Made by a program: the position numbers and the translations under genes. 64,000 nucleotides of DNA, taken from contig JAPUGV010000222.1 in assembly GCA_027298025.1 (NCBI GenBank), positions 5,146-69,145 of the forward strand, given 5' to 3'. Source of the DNA: Chloroflexota bacterium. GTDB taxonomy: Bacteria; Chloroflexota; Anaerolineae; Anaerolineales; E44-bin32. Below are positions 20,417-28,893 of this stretch, one piece after another (position 1 is the first letter of the stretch; every line of letters starts with the position of its first letter). The notes under the pieces are model-generated. The model saw only the letters and a program-made list of their open reading frames with translations, did no database searches and had not been told where the DNA came from.

Positions 20417-21919
20417 ATGGATGCTTGGATCCTCACTCTGGTTACGTTTTTCCCAATCGTCGGGGTCATCGTTCTGCTTTTCCTTCCCAAGGAGCGGGAG
20501 ACGGCGATGCGTTGGACGGCACTGCTGACGGCCGTGATCACCTTTGTGCTTTCATTGATAATGCTGGCGGGCTTCGAATCGAGCGACCCGGATCTCCAAA
20601 TGGTCGTGCGGCTGACGTGGTTCAGCATTGGCGACCTGCATATCGAGTACTTCCTCGGAGTAGACGGGCTCAGCATTCTCCTGGTTCTGCTCACCACGTT
20701 TCTCATGGTGCTGGCCCTCCTCTCGACCTGGACAGCCATCGTGGATCGTGTCCGTGAGTTCATGATCTTCTTCCTGCTCTTGGAAGTGGGGCTGGTGGGC
20801 GTCTTTCTGGGCATGGACTTATTCCTCTTCTATGTCTTCTGGGAATTCACGCTGGTGCCGATGTATTTCCTGATCGGCGTGTGGGGTGGCGAGCGCCGGA
20901 TGTATGCAGCCATCAAGTTCTTCCTATACACCATGGCGGGTTCGATCCTGATGCTTTTGGCCATTATCTGGCTCGGTCTGGATGGTGGAACGTTTTCGAT
21001 CCCGGATTTGATCAAAGCTCAGGCCATTCCCGCCAACCTGCAATTCTGGCTGTTCTTGGCCTTTGCCGCGGCGTTCGCCATTAAGGTGCCAATGTGGCCG
21101 TTTCATTCCTGGCTGCCGGACGCGCACGTGGAAGCGCCGACCGCGGCCTCCGTGATCCTGGCGGGCGTGCTTTTGAAGATGGGTACCTATGGTTTCCTAC
21201 GCTTTAACCTCGGGATATTCCCGCAGGCTTCCGTCCGATTGGCGCCGTGGATCGCGCTCTTTGCTGTAATTGGGATTCTCTATGGCGCGGCTGTCGCGTA
21301 CGCTCAGAAAGATGTGAAGAAACTGGTGGCCTACGCTTCTATCAGCCACCTTGGTTTTGTCATGCTTGGATTGTTCGCGCTCAATCTCCAGGGATTGCAA
21401 GGCGGCATCCTGCAGATGATCAACCATGGCCTGAGCACTGGAGCGCTCTTCTTGATTGTCGGGATGCTCTATGAAAGACGACGCACGCGGGAGATGGACG
21501 CCTTCGGCGGACTCTGGAAGGTGATGCCCATCTACGCCGGTTTGACGTTAATTGTCACTCTGTCCTCCATGGGCCTACCCGGCCTGAACGGTTTTGTCGG
21601 TGAGTTCACGATCCTGCTCGGATCCTTTGGTTCGATTGCGATTGGTTCTGAAGGGTTCGCCATACTGGCTGCTGTGGGGGTGATCCTGGCGGCAGTCTAC
21701 ATGCTGTACATGTTCCAGAAGCTCTTCCTCGGTCCGCTGGATAACGAAAAGAACAAACGCCTACCGGATCTAAACCGGCGAGAGTTGCTCACGTTGGTGC
21801 CGATCGTGATCCTCATCTTTTGGATCGGGCTGTATCCGCGGCCCTTCTTCGGGCTCACCGAAGCCTCGGTTGAAAAAGTCGTCCAGCTGGTGAGCTCGGC
21901 AGCCATGGCGATGCGATGA
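20417..21919 (+). CDS. nuoM: NADH-quinone oxidoreductase subunit M
   Basis: 500-aa antiporter-like subunit. Contains WLPDAHVEAPTAASVILAGVLLKMGTYG. Confidence 0.93.
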   Translation: MDAWILTLVTFFPIVGVIVLLFLPKERETAMRWTALLTAVITFVLSLIMLAGFESSDPDLQMVVRLTWFSIGDLHIEYFLGVDGLSILLVLLTTFLMVLALLSTWTAIVDRVREFMIFFLLLEVGLVGVFLGMDLFLFYVFWEFTLVPMYFLIGVWGGERRMYAAIKFFLYTMAGSILMLLAIIWLGLDGGTFSIPDLIKAQAIPANLQFWLFLAFAAAFAIKVPMWPFHSWLPDAHVEAPTAASVILAGVLLKMGTYGFLRFNLGIFPQASVRLAPWIALFAVIGILYGAAVAYAQKDVKKLVAYASISHLGFVMLGLFALNLQGLQGGILQMINHGLSTGALFLIVGMLYERRRTREMDAFGGLWKVMPIYAGLTLIVTLSSMGLPGLNGFVGEFTILLGSFGSIAIGSEGFAILAAVGVILAAVYMLYMFQKLFLGPLDNEKNKRLPDLNRRELLTLVPIVILIFWIGLYPRPFFGLTEASVEKVVQLVSSAAMAMR

Positions 21920-23355
21920 GCCCCTCGGACCTGCTTCCGGCACTTCCCTTCATTATCGTTTCCGTGTGGGCGATTCTGCTCCTGCTGTTCGACCTATTCA
22001 TTTCCAACAAGGGCATCACCGCGATTTTGGCGGCGGCAGGCGTAGCGGCCGCACTGGTGGCGGTCATCGCGCGCCTCGGCAGCTACCAGGTGGCGTTCAA
22101 CGGCATGATCGTGGCCGACAGCTTTTCCGATTACCTGCAGATCGTGATTCTGGCCACCGCACTGCTGGGAATTGCGGTGGCGTATGACTACCTGCGCCGA
22201 ATGAACATGGAGCGTGGCGAGTACTACACGCTGATGCTATTTACCGTCTCGGGGATGCTGCTCATGAGCCTGGCGGGAGATCTGATACTCGTCTTTCTGG
22301 CCATCGAACTGCTATCCCTGCCGCTCTATGTCCTGTCGGGGTTTGCACGACCCGAGAAGAGCTCGGAAGAAGCGGCCATGAAGTACTTCATCCTGGGCGC
22401 CTTCTCATCCGCTTTTCTAGTGTACGGGATTGCGCTCATATTTGGGTCCACGGGGACCACAAACATGGCTGGTGTTGCGCAATCCATCGCCGGAGATCAG
22501 GCGGATCCGACACTGATGATCATCGCAGTACCCATGCTGTTAGTGGGTTTGGGTTTCAAGGTGGCGGCGGTTCCATTCCACATGTGGACCCCCGACGTCT
22601 ACGAGGGCGCTCCCTCGGCTGCGGTGGCATTCATGTCCGTCGGGGCGAAGGTGGCCGGTTTTGCGGCGCTGCTGCGGATTTTTGTCGCGGCGTTGCCGGA
22701 ACTGGCTCCGGCGTGGGGTCCGGTGGTAATTGCAGTTTCCGCCGCCACGATGATCTGGGGCAATGTTGCCGCGATTGCGCAATCAAACATCAAGCGCATG
22801 CTTGCGTATTCAAGCATCGCGCATGCCGGCTATATCTTGATGGCGCTAGCCGCGGCCTCGGATCCCACCGTGGCCGACAAAGCGGTGAGCGCGGCTCTGT
22901 TCTATCTCTTTGCCTATCTATTCTCAAACTTGGGAGCCTGGGCGGTGGTTCTGGCGATGGAGCGATCGAAGGGGGGCGGACTGCGGATCGAAGATTACGC
23001 CGGCCTGGGACGACGCCGTCCGGCGCTGGCGCTTGCGATGGCAATTTTCATGCTTTCGCTCATTGGCGTTCCCCCAACAGCAGGGTTCATCGGTAAATTC
23101 CTGGTGTTTGGCGTCACGATTGAAGCGGGCCTGATCGGTTTGGCGATCGTGGGTGTGGTGACAACGCTAATCTCCGCCTACTATTATCTGCGGGTGGTGG
23201 TCATGATGTACATGCGCACTGGCGAACCCGAATCTCGATCCGAGGGCTGGCTTAATCGCACCGTGGGGCTGACGGCCCTGGCAACTTTTCTTCTCGGGGT
23301 GCTCCCGGGTCCGATTCTGATCTTGGCCGGGAGTTCAGGCTTCATCACGCCCTAA
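21916..23355 (+). CDS. nuoN: NADH-quinone oxidoreductase subunit N
   Basis: 479 aa with an ATGA overlap with nuoM. Contains HMWTPDVYEGAPSAAVAFMSVGAK and is the last gene of the cluster. Confidence 0.92.
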   Translation: MSPSDLLPALPFIIVSVWAILLLLFDLFISNKGITAILAAAGVAAALVAVIARLGSYQVAFNGMIVADSFSDYLQIVILATALLGIAVAYDYLRRMNMERGEYYTLMLFTVSGMLLMSLAGDLILVFLAIELLSLPLYVLSGFARPEKSSEEAAMKYFILGAFSSAFLVYGIALIFGSTGTTNMAGVAQSIAGDQADPTLMIIAVPMLLVGLGFKVAAVPFHMWTPDVYEGAPSAAVAFMSVGAKVAGFAALLRIFVAALPELAPAWGPVVIAVSAATMIWGNVAAIAQSNIKRMLAYSSIAHAGYILMALAAASDPTVADKAVSAALFYLFAYLFSNLGAWAVVLAMERSKGGGLRIEDYAGLGRRRPALALAMAIFMLSLIGVPPTAGFIGKFLVFGVTIEAGLIGLAIVGVVTTLISAYYYLRVVVMMYMRTGEPESRSEGWLNRTVGLTALATFLLGVLPGPILILAGSSGFITP

Positions 23356-23391
23356 GACCCTCGGGGGCCTTACGACACTTAGAGGAGAGGG

Positions 23392-23700
23392 ATGAGTATG
23401 GCAGATAGCCGGGCACACGCCTACATCTCTGGCAGAGTGCAGGGGGTTAGCTTTCGCTACTTCACCTACCACGAGGCGCTCAAGCGGGGACTGCGTGGCT
23501 GGATCCGCAACCTACAGGATGGCCGGGTGGAGGCTGTTTTCGAAGGAGAGAAGGGAGCCGTCCAGAATGTTTTGGAATGGTCCGAGATTGGGCCGCCGGG
23601 AGCACAAGTGGATAATATCGAGGTTGAATGGGAAGAGCCCTCGGATTCGATGACCGCCTTTAATGTGCGCGCGACCGCGAGCCCGGGGGATGAATCCTGA
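23392..23700 (+). CDS. acyP: acylphosphatase
   Basis: 102 aa. GRVQGVSFRYFTYHEALKRGLRGWIRNLQDGRVEAVFEG matches the acylphosphatase signature. Confidence 0.88.
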   Translation: MSMADSRAHAYISGRVQGVSFRYFTYHEALKRGLRGWIRNLQDGRVEAVFEGEKGAVQNVLEWSEIGPPGAQVDNIEVEWEEPSDSMTAFNVRATASPGDES

Positions 23701-24076
23701 GTACCGCGCTAGCACTCGATTTGCAGCGGTCGTGTTCCGCACGCGATCGCTCAATCTGCAGCTCTGGCTTTGGCGGCGAGGTTCGCATCTGCTGCTCCGG
23801 AAGGTCGAGATGTACACCTACCGTGACCACGGGCACATCTTCCCCCTTCGAACCTAAGAGACATCGATGAGCAACGGGTGGCATTGATTCAAAAGTCGTA
23901 CGCGCCGGGGAGAATATGCGACTGTACGCTCCTGGCCCAGAGCAGGGCGGCTTAGCGAAGGCACATATTGAAAGACGAAGTGCGCGCAGACTAGCCGCAG
24001 GTTTTCCAACGATCTGGACGAATCAAAAAACGCCGGCAATCCCGCGCCAGTGCTTGCTGTTACGGATTCGGAAAGC

Positions 24077-24301
24077 CTAGTTCAAGCTCGCACAAGAGCA
24101 CGAGCCGCCGCAGGCGCAACCGCCCCCGTTGCTCTGGGTGAGCGACTCCCCATTAGACTGAGCGAAGAAAACGGAGATCATGCGCGAGGTGTGCTCACTT
24201 TCGCATGCCTGGCATACGATGGCCGAATCGGCCTGCGACATGGGCCGCAGAGCGTCGAAAACGTCGTTGCATTCCAGGCAGAGGTACTCGTAAATTGGCA
24301 T
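24077..24301 (-). CDS. FmdB-family (CxxC_CxxC_SSSS) zinc-ribbon protein
   Basis: ATG at 24301 gives MPIYEYLCLECNDVFDALRPMSQADSAIVCQACESEH followed by a Gly/Cys tail, GGGCACGGSCSC. The longer ORF-track start (24337) is not needed. Confidence 0.8.
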   Translation of the reverse strand: MPIYEYLCLECNDVFDALRPMSQADSAIVCQACESEHTSRMISVFFAQSNGESLTQSNGGGCACGGSCSCASLN

Positions 24302-24333
24302 GGCGCTGATTCTACCTTTCTGTCCCGTAAGGG

Positions 24334-25272
24334 TCAACCTCGGCCCGGGGAGTCGGTATCGCGCCGGATTTTAAACCGGTCAAAGTCGCGCGCGACGGTA
24401 ACGTTTGGAAAGATGGCCTGAGCTTCCTTCCGAATCTCGTGTTCCCGATAGCGTCGCGATATGTGCGTGAGGTACATGTGACCAACGTCGGCCTGCTTAG
24501 CGAATTCAGCCGCCTGGCGGGCTGTGAGATGACCGAACTTCCTGGCCAATTCCTCCTCCGATTCAAGGTACGTGGCCTCAATCACCAGACCATCCGCTCC
24601 CGCGCTATGCTCTAGCAGGCCTTCAGTGCTGCCACAATCCCCGATGTGAACAAGCCGCGTGCCGCGTCGTGGTGGACCGAGCACCTGCTCGGGCTCGATC
24701 ACCGTTCCATCCGACAGCTTGACATTGTGGCCCCGTACCAGCTCGCGTCGGATGGGTCCCGCGGGCACTCCAAGTTCCGTCGCACGCTGAGGGAGGAAAG
24801 GGCGGCGAGCCTTCTGCTCGAAGACAAAGCCAAAGGTGCCGGCTCCGCGGTGCTCCACCGGAAACGCAGATAGCTGAAAATGATCATCCTCCATCAGGAG
24901 GCCAGGCTCAATGGGTATTAGCTCAATTTGCAAGGGTGGACGCGCTCCCCGGAGCACGACGCCAAACAGCAGGTCGTGAATGCGCTCCAGCGCCCAAGCA
25001 CTTCCCCAAATCTGAAGTTCTTCGACGGCCTCCCACCGCGCAAAGGTAGAAAGCAGCCCGGCCAGACCCAAGATGTGATCCAAATGCCCATGCGTTATGA
25101 GGATCCGATTTAGCCGCCGAAAACCGATCCCTGACCGGAGGATTTGACGCTGCGTGCCCTCGCCGCAATCGATGAGAATGCGATAGTCGCGGAAGCTAAC
25201 GATGTGGGCGCTGAGCCCGCGGTGAACGGACGGGGCCGAGGCCGATGTGCCAAGGAAGATGAGCTCGAACAA
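24334..25272 (-). CDS. rnz: ribonuclease Z (metallo-beta-lactamase fold)
   Basis: 312 aa. Contains MFELIFLGTSASAPSVHRGLSAHIV...ILIDCGEGTQRQIL...ILITHGHLDHILGLAGLL. Confidence 0.88.
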   Translation of the reverse strand: MFELIFLGTSASAPSVHRGLSAHIVSFRDYRILIDCGEGTQRQILRSGIGFRRLNRILITHGHLDHILGLAGLLSTFARWEAVEELQIWGSAWALERIHDLLFGVVLRGARPPLQIELIPIEPGLLMEDDHFQLSAFPVEHRGAGTFGFVFEQKARRPFLPQRATELGVPAGPIRRELVRGHNVKLSDGTVIEPEQVLGPPRRGTRLVHIGDCGSTEGLLEHSAGADGLVIEATYLESEEELARKFGHLTARQAAEFAKQADVGHMYLTHISRRYREHEIRKEAQAIFPNVTVARDFDRFKIRRDTDSPGRG

Positions 25273-25363
25273 GAGGTACCTTGAGTTGCCGCGGGGAGAC
25301 CGGGCGAGTCATTGTACCTCACTCAACTTAAAGAGCTCGCAGGGGAGGGTTATGCGAAAGCAA

Positions 25364-25825
25364 CTAGCCCGCGTTGAACGAAGACGCCTTGAGCGCGGTG
25401 CCCGAGGATGCAGCCGCGGCGGCAATTGCCGAAATCGAAATCAGCAGGGGCGCCGCGGATGATCCTGCCATAGCCTGGTTGATTCCCCAGAGCGCGGCTA
25501 AGGCCATTACGCCAGCCAAGTAACGATGTGTGAACGTGCGCCGCCAAACGAATTCTGGGATCCAGCTCGGCCGAGTGTACGTCGCCCATATTGTCGCCAG
25601 CGCAAGCGCCAGGAGTATGATTCGGAGTGCCATCGGCCACTCAACCATGGCCATTACCAGTGCGGTGGCCGGAATAAACAGTGCGATTGAATAGGATGCG
25701 GCCAGCAGTCCCTCTCGCGCCCCACGTCTTTTCGTAATCGACTGGCGGGCGAAGAACCCAACGGCTCCCGCGATCCCCAAATAAAGCGTTACGATCCCAG
25801 ACCATAACGTGAGCTGCAATATCAT
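25364..25825 (-). CDS. hypothetical polytopic membrane protein
   Basis: ATG at 25825 is preceded by GGGAGG. The product (MILQLTLWSGIVTLYLGIAG...) is about 153 aa with 4-5 hydrophobic helices. I recognise no family. Confidence 0.55.
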   Translation of the reverse strand: MILQLTLWSGIVTLYLGIAGAVGFFARQSITKRRGAREGLLAASYSIALFIPATALVMAMVEWPMALRIILLALALATIWATYTRPSWIPEFVWRRTFTHRYLAGVMALAALWGINQAMAGSSAAPLLISISAIAAAAASSGTALKASSFNAG

Positions 25826-25972
25826 CTGACCTCCCAACTCCTTGCTCCTATGGCTGCAAGTTGCGTGCCCAGGTGGGCTGGGAAGCAGGGGAGCGCGGGT
25901 GCGGAGGAGCGGGGGGATCAAGGGGAGAAAGGGGAGCAGGGGAGAGCGAGATCGTGAGTTGCGAACCCGCTT

Positions 25973-26458
25973 TCAGGCAGTCCGCGCCAGCGCGGTAAGT
26001 CCAAGCACGAGGATTCCGAACGCCAAGCTCACGCGATTCAGGCGGGAAATTTCCACTGCGACCTGATCGGAGGCGGCGGCCTCCCGCTTCAACGCCAAGC
26101 GCGATAAGCGGGGATTCAGCACCCAGGTCTGGTAGGCGGCAACCAGCATCATCAAGCCCACCGTAATATGCTTTGTCAGGATCGCGCGTGACCAAGGGTT
26201 TGTGACGGCGAAAAGGCCCACGTAGTTTGGATTTCCCGACATCTGGAGCAAACCAGTACCGAACAGGACTAGCAGGCTCAGCCAGGCCAGAGGCTGAAAA
26301 CGACGCCGCATGTCCTCCGCTAGCCGGCCGCGCTCGGCTGGCAAACGCTCGAGAGCCGGATTCACGACGACCGCCTGGTAGAAGAGCCCGCCGATCCACA
26401 CGATCGTGGCTGCCATATGGAGCCAGAAGGCAATTGTGAGCGCAGCTTGATCCAACAT
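25973..26458 (-). CDS. CopD-like / DUF-type membrane protein
   Basis: ATG at 26458 shares the A of the upstream TGA (TGATG). Contains MLDQAALTIAFWLHMAATIVWIGGLFYQAVV and has four helices. The resemblance to the CopD C-terminal domain is from memory. Confidence 0.5.
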   Translation of the reverse strand: MLDQAALTIAFWLHMAATIVWIGGLFYQAVVVNPALERLPAERGRLAEDMRRRFQPLAWLSLLVLFGTGLLQMSGNPNYVGLFAVTNPWSRAILTKHITVGLMMLVAAYQTWVLNPRLSRLALKREAAASDQVAVEISRLNRVSLAFGILVLGLTALARTA

Positions 26459-27519
26459 CACTCCTCTGGAGTGGAAGTTTCGGTTGGAGGAGCTAAATCT
26501 GTTGCTTCCGACGTGGCAGTTGGCGGCGGAGCCGGGGGCGGGGCGGTCGCCGTCCTGCACGCGTCACGAACGGCCGTAGCAGTGGGCGCCAGATCCTCGT
26601 TGAAAATCACCTCCAAAGATACGTCCAGTTGCTCTTCCGCTGCACACGGATCTCCCCCGCTGGCCAGTAGCATGGCGTACATGAACTTCGCTTGAGCATA
26701 TTTCCATGCTACGTCATTGCGAATGCCGGGCGCGACGGAATAGACCACTTCAAAATAGAAGGCGGCCTGCTCCCAGTTGAGGCCGTAAAAGCTGTTTGCC
26801 GTCAGGTAGAGCTGGGCCCAGCTTCGCCAGTTATTGGCATCTTGGTCCAGGGGTGCGAAACTCTCCGCCAAGCTCAGGTCGTAGATTCCCTCTTCTAGCT
26901 GTTTGTCCTGGGAAATCCGTCGAATACCGCGGTTGCGCAAGGCGGCATACATTAACCCATCCGCCTCAACCGCCCGAAATGCACCATCTTTGGCTCGCAA
27001 GGCAAGGACATGCGCGATCGTTGCCTCCCAGTCGCCCTCCTTAAATGCTGCTTGAGCCAGATCGAAAATCTCCTGAACCGGAGCGAGGTTTGGAGTTGGC
27101 GTGACCGGTGGTGAGGTTGGGGTGGCGAGCGGTTCGCTCAAACCTAGTAGAGCCTCTGCCAGGCGCACGGGAGCATCTGGGAAGATGGGGTTCAACTGGA
27201 TGATGTACTCGAATCGCTGTCGGGCAACGTCAAAGCGCTCTTCTTCAAGGTCGATCAGACCCAGGGCGAACTGCTCCTTGATAATGGAGGTCACCTGCTC
27301 TTCTTCCGCTTGGTCCCGCTCCGACCGTCCGACCAAAACGCCCCCCGCGGCCGCAATACCCAGCAGCAGCAGCATGATGGGGAGAGCCCACAACAGCGGA
27401 CGCCAAGACCAGCTGGAGTTGGAATCCCCTTCCGAAAGCACGGGCGGCATTATACCGTAGCGGTTACGAAGGCTCGATTTCACACGGACTGGGCGCCCAA
27501 CTGGCCTATACTCCTGCAC
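26458..27519 (-). CDS. membrane-anchored TPR-like/helical-repeat protein with a Pro/Thr-rich tail (start uncertain)
   Basis: 353-aa ORF with one TM (WRPLLWALPIMLLLLGIAAAGGVLVG), a helical repeat body and the tail TATAPPPAPPPTATSEATDLAPPTETSTPEE. An alternative ATG is at 27450. Confidence 0.6.
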   Translation of the reverse strand: MQEYRPVGRPVRVKSSLRNRYGIMPPVLSEGDSNSSWSWRPLLWALPIMLLLLGIAAAGGVLVGRSERDQAEEEQVTSIIKEQFALGLIDLEEERFDVARQRFEYIIQLNPIFPDAPVRLAEALLGLSEPLATPTSPPVTPTPNLAPVQEIFDLAQAAFKEGDWEATIAHVLALRAKDGAFRAVEADGLMYAALRNRGIRRISQDKQLEEGIYDLSLAESFAPLDQDANNWRSWAQLYLTANSFYGLNWEQAAFYFEVVYSVAPGIRNDVAWKYAQAKFMYAMLLASGGDPCAAEEQLDVSLEVIFNEDLAPTATAVRDACRTATAPPPAPPPTATSEATDLAPPTETSTPEE

Positions 27520-27547
27520 TTATGTTTAGATTTAGATCGATCGAGGA

Positions 27548-28885
27548 ATGCGCCAATTGGCCCTAACCAAATCCACGGTGCGTGATCTCCAGGGGTCCTT
27601 GACGCCGAAATTTTCGGGGTGGTATGATGCACCATTCCCCCCTATGTATCTAAGCGGAAGCAAGTGGAACACTCGTAAGCGACGCCGCCGGTCAAACCCA
27701 TGGCGCATCGTCCTCTTATTGCTGCTGATCGGCGGTGTGATCTATGTGGAGCGCGTGGTCGTACCTCAGACCCCGCCGCTCTTTGTGGTTACGCCCATCC
27801 CGACCCGCAACCCCGCCACCATTATTTTGGAAGCGGACAGTCTCTTCCGGGCCGGCAAGCTGGCACTGGCCGAGCAGGCCTACCAGGAGGCGATCTCCAT
27901 CGATCCGCAGGAAGCTGATTACTACACGGAGTTGGCCCGGATTGAGGTCTTTGGGGGGAAGTACTCGGCGGCCGTGACAAACGCCAGCAATGCGATCCTG
28001 CTAAATCCCAACTCGGCTATGGCAAATGCGGTGCTGGGCTGGGCGCTCGATTTCCAATCGCAGCTCGACCCCGAATCCGCCGACATCTTGGAGGCGCTAC
28101 AAAAAATAGAGAAGGCGGTAGAGCTCGATCCAAATTCGGCGCTCGTTCGCGCTTATTATGCCGAGATCATCATCGATGATGACGTGACCGCTTTCCAGCA
28201 GGCAGGGGAGCAGGCGCAGTTGGCCGTTCAGATGGATCCGAACCTGCTTGAGGCGCAGCGCGCGGTGGGTTACGTATGGGAGAGGACAGGAAACTACGAC
28301 CTGGCCTTCGAAGCCTATCAAAACGCATTGCGCATCAATCCAAATCTGGCGTTAATCCATATCGCCATGGGGAACATGTATTTCAACAACGCGGATTCCC
28401 GATCGGCCATTGACAGTTACATTCGTGCAAGCACCTTGGCCCCGGAGAATGTGATTCCCCTGAGGTTGATCGCCCAGGCTTATGCACGTGACGGCGAGTT
28501 TGGGAAGGCTAGCCAGTATGCGCAAAGCGCCGTTGATCTGGAGCCGTCAAGTTCCCGTCTTCACGGTGATTTGGGGAGAATGCATTACAAGAATACAGAC
28601 TACGACTCCGCCATCGAATCGCTGGCGCTGTCCATTCATGGCGGCTCCTACCTAGAAGGGGTTCAGGTGGCGGGTTTGCCACTGGATCCCGGCGATCCCT
28701 TAGTGGTCGAGTTCTACTACATGTATGGTCTGGCTCTGTCCAAACAGGGCCGGTGTGATCTGGCCGTCGATCTCTCCGAAGCGCTGATCACCGGCGTTCC
28801 CGACAATGAGATCGCCGCCATCAATGCACAGGAGATCCTGATTCTGTGCGGTCTGATCGATCCTCCTGAAGAGACAGAGGCTTAA
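27548..28885 (+). CDS. membrane-anchored tetratricopeptide-repeat protein (start uncertain)
   Basis: 445-aa ORF. A basic N-terminus is followed by a TM (PWRIVLLLLLIGGVIYV). TPR units follow, such as AEQAYQEAISIDPQEADYYTELARI and AFEAYQNALRINPNLALIHIAMGNMY. An alternative ATG is at 27644. Confidence 0.75.
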   Translation: MRQLALTKSTVRDLQGSLTPKFSGWYDAPFPPMYLSGSKWNTRKRRRRSNPWRIVLLLLLIGGVIYVERVVVPQTPPLFVVTPIPTRNPATIILEADSLFRAGKLALAEQAYQEAISIDPQEADYYTELARIEVFGGKYSAAVTNASNAILLNPNSAMANAVLGWALDFQSQLDPESADILEALQKIEKAVELDPNSALVRAYYAEIIIDDDVTAFQQAGEQAQLAVQMDPNLLEAQRAVGYVWERTGNYDLAFEAYQNALRINPNLALIHIAMGNMYFNNADSRSAIDSYIRASTLAPENVIPLRLIAQAYARDGEFGKASQYAQSAVDLEPSSSRLHGDLGRMHYKNTDYDSAIESLALSIHGGSYLEGVQVAGLPLDPGDPLVVEFYYMYGLALSKQGRCDLAVDLSEALITGVPDNEIAAINAQEILILCGLIDPPEETEA

Positions 28886-28893
28886 CCCAAGGG

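Noticed and set aside
23701-24076. SRP-RNA-like or other known ncRNA, suggested by a CTCCGGAAGG element (about 23788-23800)
   Set aside because: Only a 2-3 bp GGAA-loop hairpin is present. I could not find the flanking conserved SRP helix-8 sequence (AGCAGC and so on) or any extended pairing. It is kept only as an unexplained spacer.
24020-24076. Intrinsic terminator for the zinc-ribbon gene, suggested by the T6 run on the minus strand
   Set aside because: I could not fold a convincing GC-rich stem immediately upstream of the T-run. The best I found is about 5 bp with a 20-nt loop.
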